NCBI GenBank assembly: GCA_030390025.1
Contig: JASTWF010000036.1
Coordinates: 2,730,001 to 2,794,000, forward strand
Direction of reading: 5' to 3'
Origin: Squalus acanthias
Taxonomy: Eukaryota
DNA length: 64,000 nt
The notes under the pieces are model-generated. The model ran no database searches, was not told the DNA's origin, and was given only the letters and a program-made list of their open reading frames with translations. The translations under genes were made by a program, and so were the position numbers. This document shows, piece after piece, positions 11,940-24,563 of the stretch (the stretch's first letter is position 1; each line of letters begins with the position of its first letter).

Positions 11940-12475
11940 CCATGCCTTGGTCACCTCCACACTTGACTATTCCAGTACTCTCCTGGCCGGCCTCCCATAA
12001 ACTTCAGCTCATCCAAAACTCTGCTGCCTGCACCCTATCCCGCACCCTGTCGTGGTCATTCATCAACCCTGTCTTCACTGACGTATGTTGGTTCCCATTC
12101 CCTCAAAGTCTCAAATTTAAAATACTCATCCTCGTCGTTAAATACCTTCATGGCCTCAGCCCTCCCTATCTCTAACCTCCTCCAAACTCTCCATTTCTCT
12201 GACTCTGGCCTCTTGTGATTCCCCCTTTGCTCCACCATTTTGAGCTATGCCTTCAAGCGCCTAGGACACACACGATGTAATTCCCTCCTCAAACCTCTCC
12301 GCCTCCTTTAAGACGTTCCTTAAAACCCACCTCTTTGACCAAACTTTTGGTCAGCCCCTCCTCCCCATTATATCCTTCTTTGGCTAAGTGTCCATTTTTT
12401 TCTGTTTACGCTTCTGTGAAGCGCCTTGGGACATTCTTCTACATTAAAAGTGCTATATAAATGCAATTGTTGTTT
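11940..12475 (+). mobile_element. L2-type LINE 3' fragment
   Basis: KLQLIQNSAA...LKFKILILV...LHGLSPPYL and GCTATATAAATGCAA-TTGTTG tail; similar tails at ~6090-6380, ~47060-47545, ~55668-55990 (-), ~57263-57550 (-). Confidence 0.7.
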
Positions 12476-12910
12476 TCTTCAAAACAAATACACGAGCCAT
12501 TGCAGAACAAATTAAGAAATTTATAGAACAGGCTGACAAAAAGGCAAATTGCATTCTATTATTTTTGGACCCCATGTTTGGTTATTATTGTAGTCTTTGG
12601 GGCCTCTGTCAAACAACATGACCACAGCCAAGGTAAATGGCTCTGTTTAAAAAAGGACAATGCTATTGATATTACCATTCATTATTCTGAGAGAAAATGA
12701 TATTTCCACTCATCACAAGTTATAATTCACTCAGGTATAGAAGATTGTTAAGGGTATAGGAAAAGTTACCCCAGAATATTACTTTAGATTAAATTGCAGG
12801 AACAAGAGGGCAAAGGTTCAAATTAGTGAAAAATAATTTTAGGATTGATGTCAAGAGATTCTTCACACAAAGAGTAATCAATGTGTGTAATAGAATTCCA
12901 CATAGAGTGA

Positions 12911-13560
12911 TACATACATAGATACATAGATACATAGAAGATAGGAGCAGGAGTAGGCCATCCGGCCCTTCGAGCCTGCTCCGCCATTTAATGAGATCAT
13001 GGCTGATCCTCCAATTCAGTATCCCGTCCCCGCCTTCTCTCCGTAACCCTTAACCCCTTTTGCCTGTAGAAATATATCTAATTCCCTCTTAAATATATTT
13101 AATGAGCTGGCGTACACTGCCCTCTGTGGCAATGAGTTCCACAGGTTCACCACCCTCTGAGTGAAGAAATTCCCCCTCATTTCTGTCCTAAATGGTTTAG
13201 CCCTTATCCTTAAATTATGTCCTCTAGTTCTGTTCTCACCCGCCAAGGGAAACATTCCTTCTGCATCTAGTCTGTCTAGACCTGTCAGAATTTTATACAC
13301 TTCTATGAGGTCCCCTCTCAATCTTCTAAACTCCAGTGTGTACATCCCTAAACTACATAGTCTCTCCTCATAGGTCAATCCCGCCATTCCTGGTATCAGC
13401 CTGGTGAATCGCCGCTGCACCCCCTCCATGGCAAGAACATCTTTCCTCAGATGAGGCGACCAAAACTGTACACAGTACTCGAGGTGTGGTCTCACCAGTG
13501 CCCTGTACAGCTGCAGCAAGGTATCCCTGTTCCTGTATTCCAACCCTTTTGCTATGATGG
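12911..13560 (-). mobile_element. CR1 LINE 3' fragment, inserted in an older CR1 tail
   Basis: ORF 13016-13588: LYRALVRPHLEYCVQFWSP...FFTQRVVNLWNSLP; (TCTATGTA)n tail. Confidence 0.9.
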
Positions 13561-15011
13561 AAGCAAAGACCCTAGAATCATTAACCACAGAATCATTTGA
13601 GAAACAATTGGATGCTATAATGGGGGGGGTGGGGGTTGGGGGGCGGGGCGGGGCGGGGGTGGGGAATAGGATCTCTCTGGATGGATGAATTCAGATGGGC
13701 CAAATGACCTTCCTCATCTATAATTATCCTGTGAGATGAAAAGCACAAACTCAAAACAAATTTGTACTTAAAAAAGGAGCAAGGACACCCAAGTCGCAAA
13801 CAGTTTATTACATAAGGGCCTAGAAATTGCATTGCGCGGTGCATGTTTTTTGGGCACTGCACGGCCACCCAAAGCCCCAAAATGACAGGCAGGAAGCGCG
13901 CGCACACTTCCAGCCAGAAGTGCGCCACCTGCCATATTGGGTAAGGACAAACAAGAGGTGTCCTTTATCGACGTCTGAAGCAACCGTTAGGACCTTTGCA
14001 TATGCAAATAAGGGGCCCAACACTTGTTTAAGGTCCCCTCTACTAGATTGGTTTGCCCTGAGGCAGCTAATACCATCGCCTCCTATCCTGACCCCCGATC
14101 GCCCTCGCTCACGGCCCAGATCCCCCAACCCCCCCCCCCAATCACCGCCTGACCCCCGATCGCCCTCGCTCCCGGCCCCGAGATCCTCGGTACCCTGATC
14201 TCCCTCCCCTGGCCCCCGTGCTTCCAGACTCCCACGATTCCAGGCCCCCCGCCCCTACGTCTCTGGACCCCGCGACCCTCAGCCCCAACAACGCCAGGCT
14301 CCCGACCCAGACCTAATCCCAGCCCCCGCTTTGTCACACTCCCCCTTGGGATGGAAAGAATGATGCTGGCAGCATAGGCCTGTGCTATGGCTCTCCAAGT
14401 AATGCCATGTACAAACCCCCAGAAGACAGGAGGTAATTTTTGGCATCTTTTTCTTTACTTTTTGCTGGCAGCTCTGAGGCTGCCAACATTCCTATGCTGC
14501 GGCAGGACTCCACGAGCTATCACAATTGATTTTTTCCATGATTTTGGCAAGATTCCCTGGCAGAGGCCAGGGAGCCCGCCTCTGGCATGCGTATGACCCT
14601 GGGGCCAAAACTATGCGCAGGGTTAAGGGGCATTTGCAGGGCGGGTGGAAGTCCCACCCCTCCAGAGATGCCCTCAATTGGAAAGCTGAGGCCAAAACCT
14701 TGACACAAGTCAAATTGTGAAATGTTATTGCTTTGCATACACATGAAATCATCACATTACTAAATGATGCATGGTTCTTTTCCCTCCCCAAATTCTTTTT
14801 CATTGCAAAAGTGTCCCTTTTAAAACAACTCCAACATAATATGGATGCTGTTCATTACACAATCCCCCTCAGCCACGCTCTCCGGAATCACATCTCTTCC
14901 TTCCTGAGTCAATTACTCAGCTGCCTGAATCCATTTTTTCCCCAGTTAACTGATCTGAGGCAATGTGGCAGTGGGAGCAGTACAATCACAGGGAGTGGAT
15001 GTATTTAACGC

Positions 15012-15468
15012 AAAGAAAGAAAAGACTTGCCTTTCTATAGCGCCTTTCATGACCACCGAACGTCTCAAAGCGCTTGACAGCCAATGAAGTACTTTTTGAA
15101 GTGTAGTCACTGTTGTAATGTGGGAAATGCGGCAGCCAATGTGCGCACAGCAAGCTCCCACAAACAGCACCGTGATAATGACCAGATCATCTGTTTTTGT
15201 TATGTTGATTGAGGGATAAATATTGTCCAGGACACCGGGGATAACTCACCTGCTCTTCTTCAAAATAGTACCATGGGATCTTTTACGTCCACCTGAGGGA
15301 GCATAATGTCTCATCTGAAAGACAGCACCTCAGACAGTGCAGCACTCCCTCAGTATTGCCCTGGAGTGGCAGCCTAAATTTGTGTGCTCAAGTCTCTGGA
15401 GTGGGACTTGAACCCACAACTTTCTAATTCAGAGGCGAGGGTGCTACCCACTGAGCCACAGCTAACAC
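15012..15468 (-). mobile_element. tRNA-derived Deu-domain SINE (SacSINE1-like)
   Basis: Colinear with 4048-4521; A and B boxes present. Confidence 0.75.
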
Positions 15469-17177
15469 AGTTACTCAACAGTACTTAGCTTGAAATGCTT
15501 TCTGTTATGCACTGGAGGCATTTTGTTTCTGTCAAGTTGACCATTAATTATTTTATTCCTTTCATATTATTTCGACCTGAAAAATTTCCAGAGTTTGGTT
15601 TTCACCTTGAGCCATTTTTTTATATCTTAAGACAGACACTTATGGCCCTTTTGGAGGATCCTTCAGGCAACATTAATTCCTGAAATAGTCAGGAATAACC
15701 TGCTTCCCATACTCCACTTCAAAGCCATCAGGGTAGATTTTGACTTTTGGGCAGCCGACTGGCGAAGCATACTTGATTTTGAGGCCCGGGCCTCATTTGA
15801 ATCGAACCAGTGATCTGGGAACGCCAAACGGGCATCCCGAGGTAGTTTGCCGGTTTTAGGCCATAGGAATATCGGCCGACGAAAATGCTGGTGGCAACTG
15901 GTCCACCCGGCCACATAAAAATAAACACAGACTTAATTGTAGGGTCCTCTTCAGCTGGGCCGCCAGCTCGAGCCAATTAATTTAAAAAAAGACACAAATC
16001 CAATTTCAATTCACGTAATTTTTTTAATACTGTGTAATACTGTTTTGAAATACAGCCATTTGCTTTGAGGTAGACCATTACAGATGAAGAACATTTTTTT
16101 AAAAACTGACATTCAAAAGACATGAAATAAATACTTCATGTATAATACGTACCAATAAGGTAGAAATGCTTATAGATAATGTAAAGCATATACAAGAATA
16201 AAGCTTTAAGTACCATTATGGGAACCCATGCTGTGAATACATGAGCATCTTTTATCCCTATACCTACCACCATCAATTCTTTGGAAAAAAGCAACAGTAA
16301 GCTTGTCAAACTATAGATATCGTCTAGAGATGAAAAGCTTTCACCACACCACAGTGTGCAGTAAGATAAAAACTTTGTCATTTAGCTCAAGTCAAATTTT
16401 GACCTTTTTTGACGGTGACAGGCTTGAGTTTTACTTGCTTTCACCACTGCACACTTCTGATAGCTTGATGTTTAGTTTGGGTTTGGGTTTAGTTGTGAAG
16501 GAATAGCCAGGATTCAGAGAAAAACACGATACTAAGAACAGATTTCTGAAATTATTAATAAATGACATACTGGGTTTAAAAGTCTGAAAGCCTCGGCGAC
16601 ACAGGCTGTAGGCACAATACAGGCTTATGAGATAAGATGGTTTGTTAACACAAAGCTGTGAACACAAGCTTTGAAATGGGAATGGGTTATTGACCAAGAA
16701 ACAAGCCCTATTGATAAAGCAAAGGTTTGCTTCCAGAGCGTCTGGACATTGGAATCAAAACAATGGAATGACCCAAGTAAAGTGTTATAATCTAACACGT
16801 CGAACAGGTGCACAGAACATTAAAAAAACCAAGTGCCTTTGAAAGAATGACATCAAGTAAGAAATACCTGTCGTAAAATAGTTTTATGTTAAACTTAGAA
16901 ACAGGAAACATGATTAAATATGCAACCAATTGAGCTAGCTAGAAAACAAATAAACACTGAGAGAAGTGTTTTCAATTTACATATTGTAAATATAATACCT
17001 ACAGAAGGCTTTGAAGAAATGACATCAAGTAAAAGAAATGCCTGCTGAACAAATAGTTTTAATGTTAAGCTTGAAAGATGGAGTCCCAAGGTCTGATAAA
17101 AACCAATTGAAGTAAATTAGAAATGCATGAAGATACTAGAGAAGTGGTTTTAATTTACAAGTTGTAAAAAGTACACA

Positions 17178-17607
17178 AACATAGAAACATAGAATCTAGG
17201 AGCAGGAGTAGGCCATTCGGCCCGTCGAGCCTGCTCCGCCATTCAATACGATCATGGCTGATCATCCAAATCCAGTACCCTGTCCCTGCTTTAATCCCCA
17301 CAGTACACATATCCCACCCTACCCCCGTAACCCCACGTATTTAATTCCCCCTAACATATCCCATCCTATCCCCATAACCCCACATATTTAATCCCCCCTA
17401 ACACTAAGGGTCAATTTATCATAGCCAAATCAACCTAACCCACACATTTTTGGACTGTGGGAGGAAACCGGAGCACCCGGAGGAAACCCACGCAGACACG
17501 GGGAGAATGTGCAAACTCCACACAGACAGTCACCCGAGGTCAGATTCGAACCCGGGTCTCTGGCGCTGTGAGGCACCAGTGCTAACCACTATGCCACCAT
17601 GTTGCCC
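17178..17607 (-). mobile_element. HE1-like V-SINE with CR1-derived tail
   Basis: tRNA head (TGGCATAGTGG...GGTTCGAATC), V-domain GTGTCTGCGTGGGTTTCCTCCGGGTGCTCCGGTTTCCTCCCACAGTCCAAA, 3' end shared with the CR1 at 12911. Confidence 0.8.
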
Positions 17608-18681
17608 AAACAAGACGACTTTGAAAATATTACTTCAATGGATACACCAAGCAATCACATTGTTCTTGTATTGAACTTGGAATACCATGGAGTCACAACG
17701 TCTGAAATAACCAGTTAAAGTAGTATTAGAAATTCAATAGAAAGACTTCGATAAGAATTGCATCAAACAGAAACCATTGCTGTCATTGTGTTTATGATGG
17801 TTTTGGAAACACCTAAACAGGACACAAGTGTAAAAGCTGACAGCTGAAATGACGGTAAAGAATAGAACAAAGTCACCAAAGAATGACTTGATACAGTTAG
17901 CTTACATCAGCACGAAAACTTCAAAGGATAAACCACCCAAAAAAGAGTATAAAAAATAGACCTTTTCAGACAGAAAAGTCAGAAGTCGCTGGGAAGGCAA
18001 GCGTTTCTCAACTTAACAGACATTCTCTGTAAGTTTACAACTTTTGAGTCTCGGGTAATCAAGGTATTTGATTTTGGTGGATATTTTGGATTAAGAAATA
18101 AGTAGAAGTGTGGAAATCTAAAGAAGTTAAGATTTGAGAATAAGGATTTCTGAGAATAAGATAATGTAAGCTATTTGTATTTTGAACAATTAAAGTTGCG
18201 ATTGCCATAATAAATGTTAACTGAATGTCGGTTCGTTAATAAATCTATATAGTTTTAGAATAGTCTCAAAGAGTATTTCTGTATCATCTTGCGAACTCAA
18301 ATTTCTGTACACTCAAAGGAGTTGCAGAATTCTGGGGGGTATTCCGGACCCTTATAATATCCGGAAGGTTACAGTCTAGTTAAACTTATTAAAAGTACTA
18401 TCTGGAGGACGGTAACATCTTTAGACCGTTTCTTTCCTTTAGGGAGAGGTAGTCTGACCTTTAGACCCAATTAAGCGTCTTATAGGATCCGGCTACCGCT
18501 AACTTTAGTTGAAGGTAAACGTCTGGGGAATACGCCTGATCTGGGGTAGTCCGAAAGGGCTAGGACTTGTAATTATCCCTTCATAGTAAGCAGTTCTAAT
18601 CATGAATCCTTTTTTATTTGGTTAGCTCAAAGTTCATACCAGTCAGTTATAATAGATACATACTCACATACATGACGTCAT

Positions 18682-18898
18682 CGCCTCCCGTTAGCAGGGC
18701 GCAAAGCAACTAGCACCCAGGCGCGGCGCTGCCAACGCCTCCCGCGAAATTCAGTGGGAGGTTAGCGCCGGCGGTAACCGTTAGCTGAATTTCGCGGGAG
18801 GCGTTGGTGGCGCCGCGCCTGGGCGCTAGTTGCTTGCGCCCCGTTAGCGCCCTAAGAGGGCGCTAACGGGAGGCGCAAATCAACCAAATTTTTAGGCC
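18682..18898. repeat. CpG-rich foldback (multi-hairpin) element, probably a MITE end
   Basis: 49-bp inverted arms 18706-18754 / 18785-18833 (3 mismatches), perfect 14-bp hairpin 18840-18870, TIR-like end AAATTTTTAGGCC. Confidence 0.8.
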
Positions 18899-18999
18899 TA
18901 GGTCTTCTGCTGCCAAGTTAAGCTGTTGCAGGACATAGAGGTGTTAGTTCAAGAGGATATCTTGTGCTTTCTAAGGTATCTCAAGGGTTCACACATGTA

Positions 19000-19283
19000 G
19001 GGCTGGATTTTGTCTTGGGGTCGGGTTGGGGTCGTGTAATCCGCATTTCGTGTTTCCCCCCCCCCGACTCCAGATTAATGTGGATGCCTGATGCAATTTT
19101 CACTTAATTGGGCAATTGAGTTGGAGCATGTGGGAACCCATGAACTAATTAGTGTTTTCAGTCTGAAAGGCGCCTCTGATGATGTCATCATTGCTGACTG
19201 CCTAGTCTCAGAGACTGTTGGTGAGAGAGGACTTGCCTGGTTTTTGATGTGAGTGGACCTGGATGCAAAAAGGGGGGGGGAAT

Positions 19284-19317
<34 letters not shown>

Positions 19318-19394
19318 GAGACACAGAGACAGAGAGAGAGAGAGAGACAGACAGACAGAGAGACACAGAGAGAGAGAGACAGACAGAAAGAGAC

Positions 19395-19427
<33 letters not shown>

Positions 19428-19930
19428 CAGAGAGAGAGAGAGAGACAGAGACAGAGAGAGACACAGAGAGAGAGAGAGAGAGAGAGAGAATTTTTTGCCA
19501 TGCAAGTCCTCCCAGGCAGTCTCTGAAGACATTCAATGCAGCAGCATCAGAGGCGACGTTCAGACCTAATACTACTACTACTACCTTCATCACATCTCCG
19601 TTGTAATAGTGGACCTGCAGCCGATAGTCAGCTATCCACTTGTGCTCCCACCAGGTTTCACTGGAGTGTTTCACACCAGGCGTGCTTCACGTCAGAAGAG
19701 GGTTAAACTAGCTACAGCGTTTCAAAATGGCATTACAGAGCCAATTTAGAGCTTGTTAAGGGCTTTAATGGCCTCTCCCGCCTCTTGAAGGCAGGACGGA
19801 GTCGGGAACCCCGCGACTGATTATGTCAAAATTGTATGGAGGCGGGATGGAGTCGGAAACCCCGACCCCGCAAATTTAACCCCCCACACGCCTCCAAACC
19901 CGACTCTATGGGTCATTCAAAATCCAGCCC
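19000..19930. mobile_element. Harbinger-type MITE, TSD GTA
   Basis: Perfect 13-bp TIR GGGCTGGATTTTG / CAAAATCCAGCCC; GTA at 18997-18999 and 19931-19933; second copy at 48865-49581. Confidence 0.9.
19284..19488 (+). repeat. Compound (GA)n/(GACA)n microsatellite inside the MITE
   Basis: Read directly; source of the spurious SLSL/RERE ORFs. Confidence 0.95.
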
Positions 19931-22900
19931 GTAGTGTTTCTGATGCCGTTGTTTACCAATTACCAGACCGGTTGGTGTTACGAGTTTCCAGGATATTAGG
20001 TACTCATTTTCAATGCAACTTATATCTGGGAATTCTAGCTGTGGTGCCATTGGTATGACTGCATCTACACGAATGCAAAAACTTGTCCCAGTTTGCAAAT
20101 TATTTTTCTCACCTCATTAGAATCATTTTATTTCCAGCACAGAAGGTGGCCATTCGGCTCATCGTGACTATGCCGGTGCTAACTCTTCAACTTGGGCTGT
20201 TAACTAATCTCATTTACCTGCCCTTTCCCATATCCTTTTATATTTCTCTTTTGCAAATACTTATCCAGTCTCTTTTTAAATGATGTTATTGTTTCTGCCT
20301 CAGTAGCCACTTAAGGTAAAGCATTCCATGTTCCAATAACCCTCTGTGCAAAAACACTTCTTCGAACTTCTCCCTTCCTTTGTTCTTCAAGTGAGTATCC
20401 CCAATCTATAACTCAGTCTCAGTCTTTTCCCATTGCAAAAAGCTCACCCCTGACCTAGGAATGGAGGAAAGGCAACTCATTTTTGAGACACCTGCTAATG
20501 CAATTCTTGCACCATCAACTAGGAAGTGGCAGAAGTTATTGTGGGTCAATTCTGACAAAAATGCCTCACCTAAAATAATTGTGGTTTTTCTGCTGTTTCT
20601 AGCTGCAATAATCTTTCAACAAGAAATCATTAAGTACTGTGGTGTAGGTTATTTTTGGATGAGTGTGTCAAATGGCCTTTCTCATCATAATTTGTGAAAA
20701 GTAAGCTTTGCCTTTATGCAAATTAGGACAAGAGTTTCAGAATACAGTATAAATCCCACCATAAATTCAATTTATCTTCAAACCACAAGCAACAAGAATC
20801 AAGACCAAGAGTATATGTTGTGCTTTCTAAGGTATCTCCAAGGTTCACACCACGTAGTGCTGTTAAATCCACTTTATTTAATCTGTATCTTTCACTGGAA
20901 TTCCCATTTTCTGGAACACCAATTGATCAATAATTCCCATTATTGTCTTTCGTTATGCTGTGCTGAATGCTTAAACATGTGACTGTGCCTGATGGGTGAT
21001 TGATGCCAGTAACTTTATATCCCTACTCAAGGAGCCAAACTACAGCTAGTCTTGATAATTTACATGAAGTGTGTCAATTTGTGTGGTGTAAAGGGGGAAG
21101 GTGATATCGATCTTGCTGTATTTCTTACTGTTTATGGAGCCTTGGAAACTTTACCAAAAATGTGCAATAACATGGTCTGGAATCCATGATGTCACTGGAT
21201 ATTTACAAGCAGCAGTAACCCAACAACTTTTCAGGCAGTAACAATACGTCTTTAAAAAGTATGTTACCAAGTTTTGCTTTAATCAAAAAGCAAGATTTAA
21301 TGGTAATAAGATCCGACTGTTTAAATGAAACCGTTACAAAGCATCTGTTGGGAAACAAACCTACACCTTCCTTTCAAATATCCTGAACAGAATCTGAGTT
21401 GGCCATTTATTTTACTTTTATCTCACTTTTGCCAATTGATTAACCATTTGGGGACTGATTGTTTTAAGTTTGTTAAAGTTAAAGTTAAAAATGTAATGTG
21501 GTTTGTGTTTTATAGAACTGGAGAGAAGGTCCTGACATGCCAATGAGGGAAAAGAAATTACATGTTTGCTCACATTAGGAACTGCAGAAAAATATCCCTC
21601 AAAACAATGTCATTATGACGGTAATTTTCAATGGAAAGAAGATTGATTTTCCGATATGGCACTGTCGGCGGGCAAGGTTCCCCATCACCAGCACTTACTC
21701 GGAAAATTACCCGTGTCTAGGCTGCTGAAGAATAGTGTGATCTTCTGTTAGTTTGGAAAAGGTACAAAAGACTCCTGAGTGCTCACAGGGTTGACCGAAG
21801 GGTAAGTACATCAGAGTGTGTACTGTCAGCACAATCAAACACAATGTTATTATTACTCCTCCTTTTTAAAAGGAAATTGACACCAACTTAGGAAGGAACT
21901 AGCCCAGAACAATGACATCATGGGTACATTTTCTGAGACTCCTCTTCCGGTGCAGAGTCTTGCTCGACTGAATCGGTATGGAGGTCAACATTCCAGATTC
22001 GCTGTTCTCCTAATTTTTTGGTCATCTTAACCAGGAGCACTGCAAATCGGGTGTACTGACCTCCACGCCTGACTCTCCAACCCATGCTCCTGTTGAGTGA
22101 GACCCTATGCTGAGAACAGAGGCTTGGAAAGTTTACCAAAAATGTGCAACGACATGCTCTGGAGCCCACAATGTCACTGCCTTGGATATTTACAAGCAGC
22201 GGTTATCGAACAACTTTTCAGGCAGTGACAATACCTCTTTAAAAAGTATGGTACCTCATCCAGGAATGAAGCAGCAAAACAGCTCTCTGAGATGTAGCAG
22301 TCACCAGCCGGTCCACTGCAACTAACGATTGGTACCTTTACTTAGTGCTGCTCGTCAATGGCTGTTCTTAAGAAAGTTTAGGTTTGTGACCAGTGATTAA
22401 TCAGGGAATGAAGGAATCGATGGGGATATTTTCCTCTGTGTTAAAAGGTAGATGTAAGTTAACAGGTGAGCAAGACTGGTAAAAAGTGGTAACATACTTT
22501 TCTCCCATACTAGTTTTGCTCTCATCTTAAAATAGGTGAAAGAAAATTAATTAAAAAAAACAATTTCATCTTAAGGACGCTGAAAGCCTTGTTAAAGGAA
22601 AGTCAAGAGAAAGCCCTGCAAAATTGCCACGGGGGGGGGGGGGGGGGGGGGGGCTAAAAATGCAGGCCTGAACGTCAACTCAGAGCTGGAAGGCCTAAGA
22701 TTTGAAATATCATCACAACTCTTATTATTTTAAAGTAGTCTAAATATATATTGCTGTCTAATACAATACTGCAGATAATTTAGATGTATTCTGGGACCAA
22801 AATAATGTAATGAGATTATTTTATTAAGAATGCGATACAGTTTTTATGTTCAGTACCTTGTAAAAGTTCAATTATAGTTTGAAGTAAATGTGCAAGTGAA

Positions 22901-23385
22901 CCAGTTACACTGATTGGTAATTAAACAATGATGGTGGGACAAAGGGACACGGGTTCAGACTGGCGAAAGGCAAATTTAGAACTGATGGCAGATCTTCACA
23001 CAAACATGTAGAATGGACTTCTAGGTACGGCAGTGAAGCAAACTCTTCGAATCACTTACGTATAATTGGATGCTGTGATGGGGTGGGGGAGAGGGAAAGG
23101 GGAAAAACTGTGGCTTCTTTCTGGGATGGGCCTAAACAGCCTTGCCCATCTTTATCTATCTTGTAATGTTAAAATGCAGTGATATGATTTAGTAATTGAT
23201 TGATATGTTATCTAAAAATTTCAAAATCATTTTTTCTGATGCAATGTGAAGAGAGCTACAGTGACTGAAAATGATCTGAAAGTTGGCAAGCATCTATTTT
23301 AATGACTTGCAAGGGAAATACAAGCTCAAAATAGCAATTTGAATGAAAGATACAGGTCTGGACTTTGTTAGAAACAGAGCGGGGA

Positions 23386-24563
23386 GGGAGAAATTTTAAC
23401 ATGCGTGAGTGGGTGGGGGGTTAAATGGGCAAAAATTCCAAGCGTGCCAGGAAGCCGACTCCAACCCACTGACTTCCGGGTTTTACTGAGGCGTGACCAG
23501 GGGCGGGCAGCCAACCAACCCGCTCCCAGGAGGCGGGTTGGCATTTGAAATATGTTAATGAGGCTGGAAGCCTTGGATTTTATCTGATTTGCAGAATTTC
23601 TTGAGGCCGGCTCGGTTTGGCAGCTGCAGCGAGGTGAGGACAGACTCTGGGAGCACTCCTTGTGGGCCAGGAGGAGCAGGAGTGCTTCCTCCCAGCCCCC
23701 CCACCCCCCCCCCCCCCCCCCCAAGTACCCCCACCTTCAGCCCCCCTCACACAAACCCCCAAGCCTCCCCTTGCCCCAGTCGGGGATCGGACCCACCCTG
23801 GATTGGACACACCTCAGGGATCGGACCTACCAGGCCCTGCGGCCTCCTCCTGAGTGCTCCCCACCCGACTGGAAGCCAAGCCGGTCAGTCAGGCTGACTT
23901 CCGGGCGGGGAAGCTGTCAGGGCTAAGAGTCACATGTTGTGGGGTTAAATCTCCACAGCATGCAGGGAAACCCAGACTTCCAGGTTTCCCATGAGCTACT
24001 GGATGCGCCGTCCTGCTCCCAGTGCATCGGGAAGTAAAAATTCCCCCAGTGGGGCCAAAAATATTTGAACCCAGAGTAAGTGCGTGGATCCACCTGCTGG
24101 GGAACCCCATCATTGACCCTGCCAAAATGTGCCCACCCCGGAAAGATTCCGGTAGTATATCCATTGGCCACTTTTATGAGAGGGTCAAAATAAAAGTTAA
24201 ATATTTTAAAAATCTTGAGGGGTGCAGGCTAAGTCCCAGGCCTGGAACCCCAGGTAGGCTCCACATTTGCTGGTCGGCGGCTGGTACACTTGCTTTTACT
24301 TGGCTTATCAGTCTGATGTTCTGCCAGGCTGGTGGTACCCTCCCCCAGTCACGCCTTCTCCACCCCCCCCGCCGCCCCAATGAAGTGGGTGACCTTGTTG
24401 GGATGGATGGAGGCTCTGCTTCAAACTAGGTCTCATGGGACACTGACGGGGATGGCCGGAAACTAACCTAACTGGGTCTCAGGCCTAATTCCTGGCATTT
24501 CCATTATACACCTACTGGACTTGCAGCAGAAATGTGCTGGAAAGGCAGAGGACTTTTGGCCCC
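23386..24563. mobile_element. Two adjacent GC-rich MITE-like elements (~23386-24047 and 24051-24563)
   Basis: Imperfect TIR GGGAGAAATTTTAAC / GTAAAAATTCCCCC; perfect 10-bp TIR GGGGCCAAAA / TTTTGGCCCC with flanks AGT/TGT. Confidence 0.5.

Noticed and set aside
19075..19674. 199-aa and overlapping SLSL/RERE ORFs
   Set aside because: Artefacts of the (GA)n/(GACA)n microsatellite in a MITE.
21516..21715. Possible plus-strand exon ending at GGTAATT
   Set aside because: Stops in all three frames; the apparent donor is the end of a ~95-bp mini-MITE (ACGGTAATTTTC / GAAAATTACCCGT).
22631..22653. 23-nt poly-G (also poly-C at ~23704-23722)
   Set aside because: Simple homopolymers with no supporting context; lengths may be assembly-dependent.
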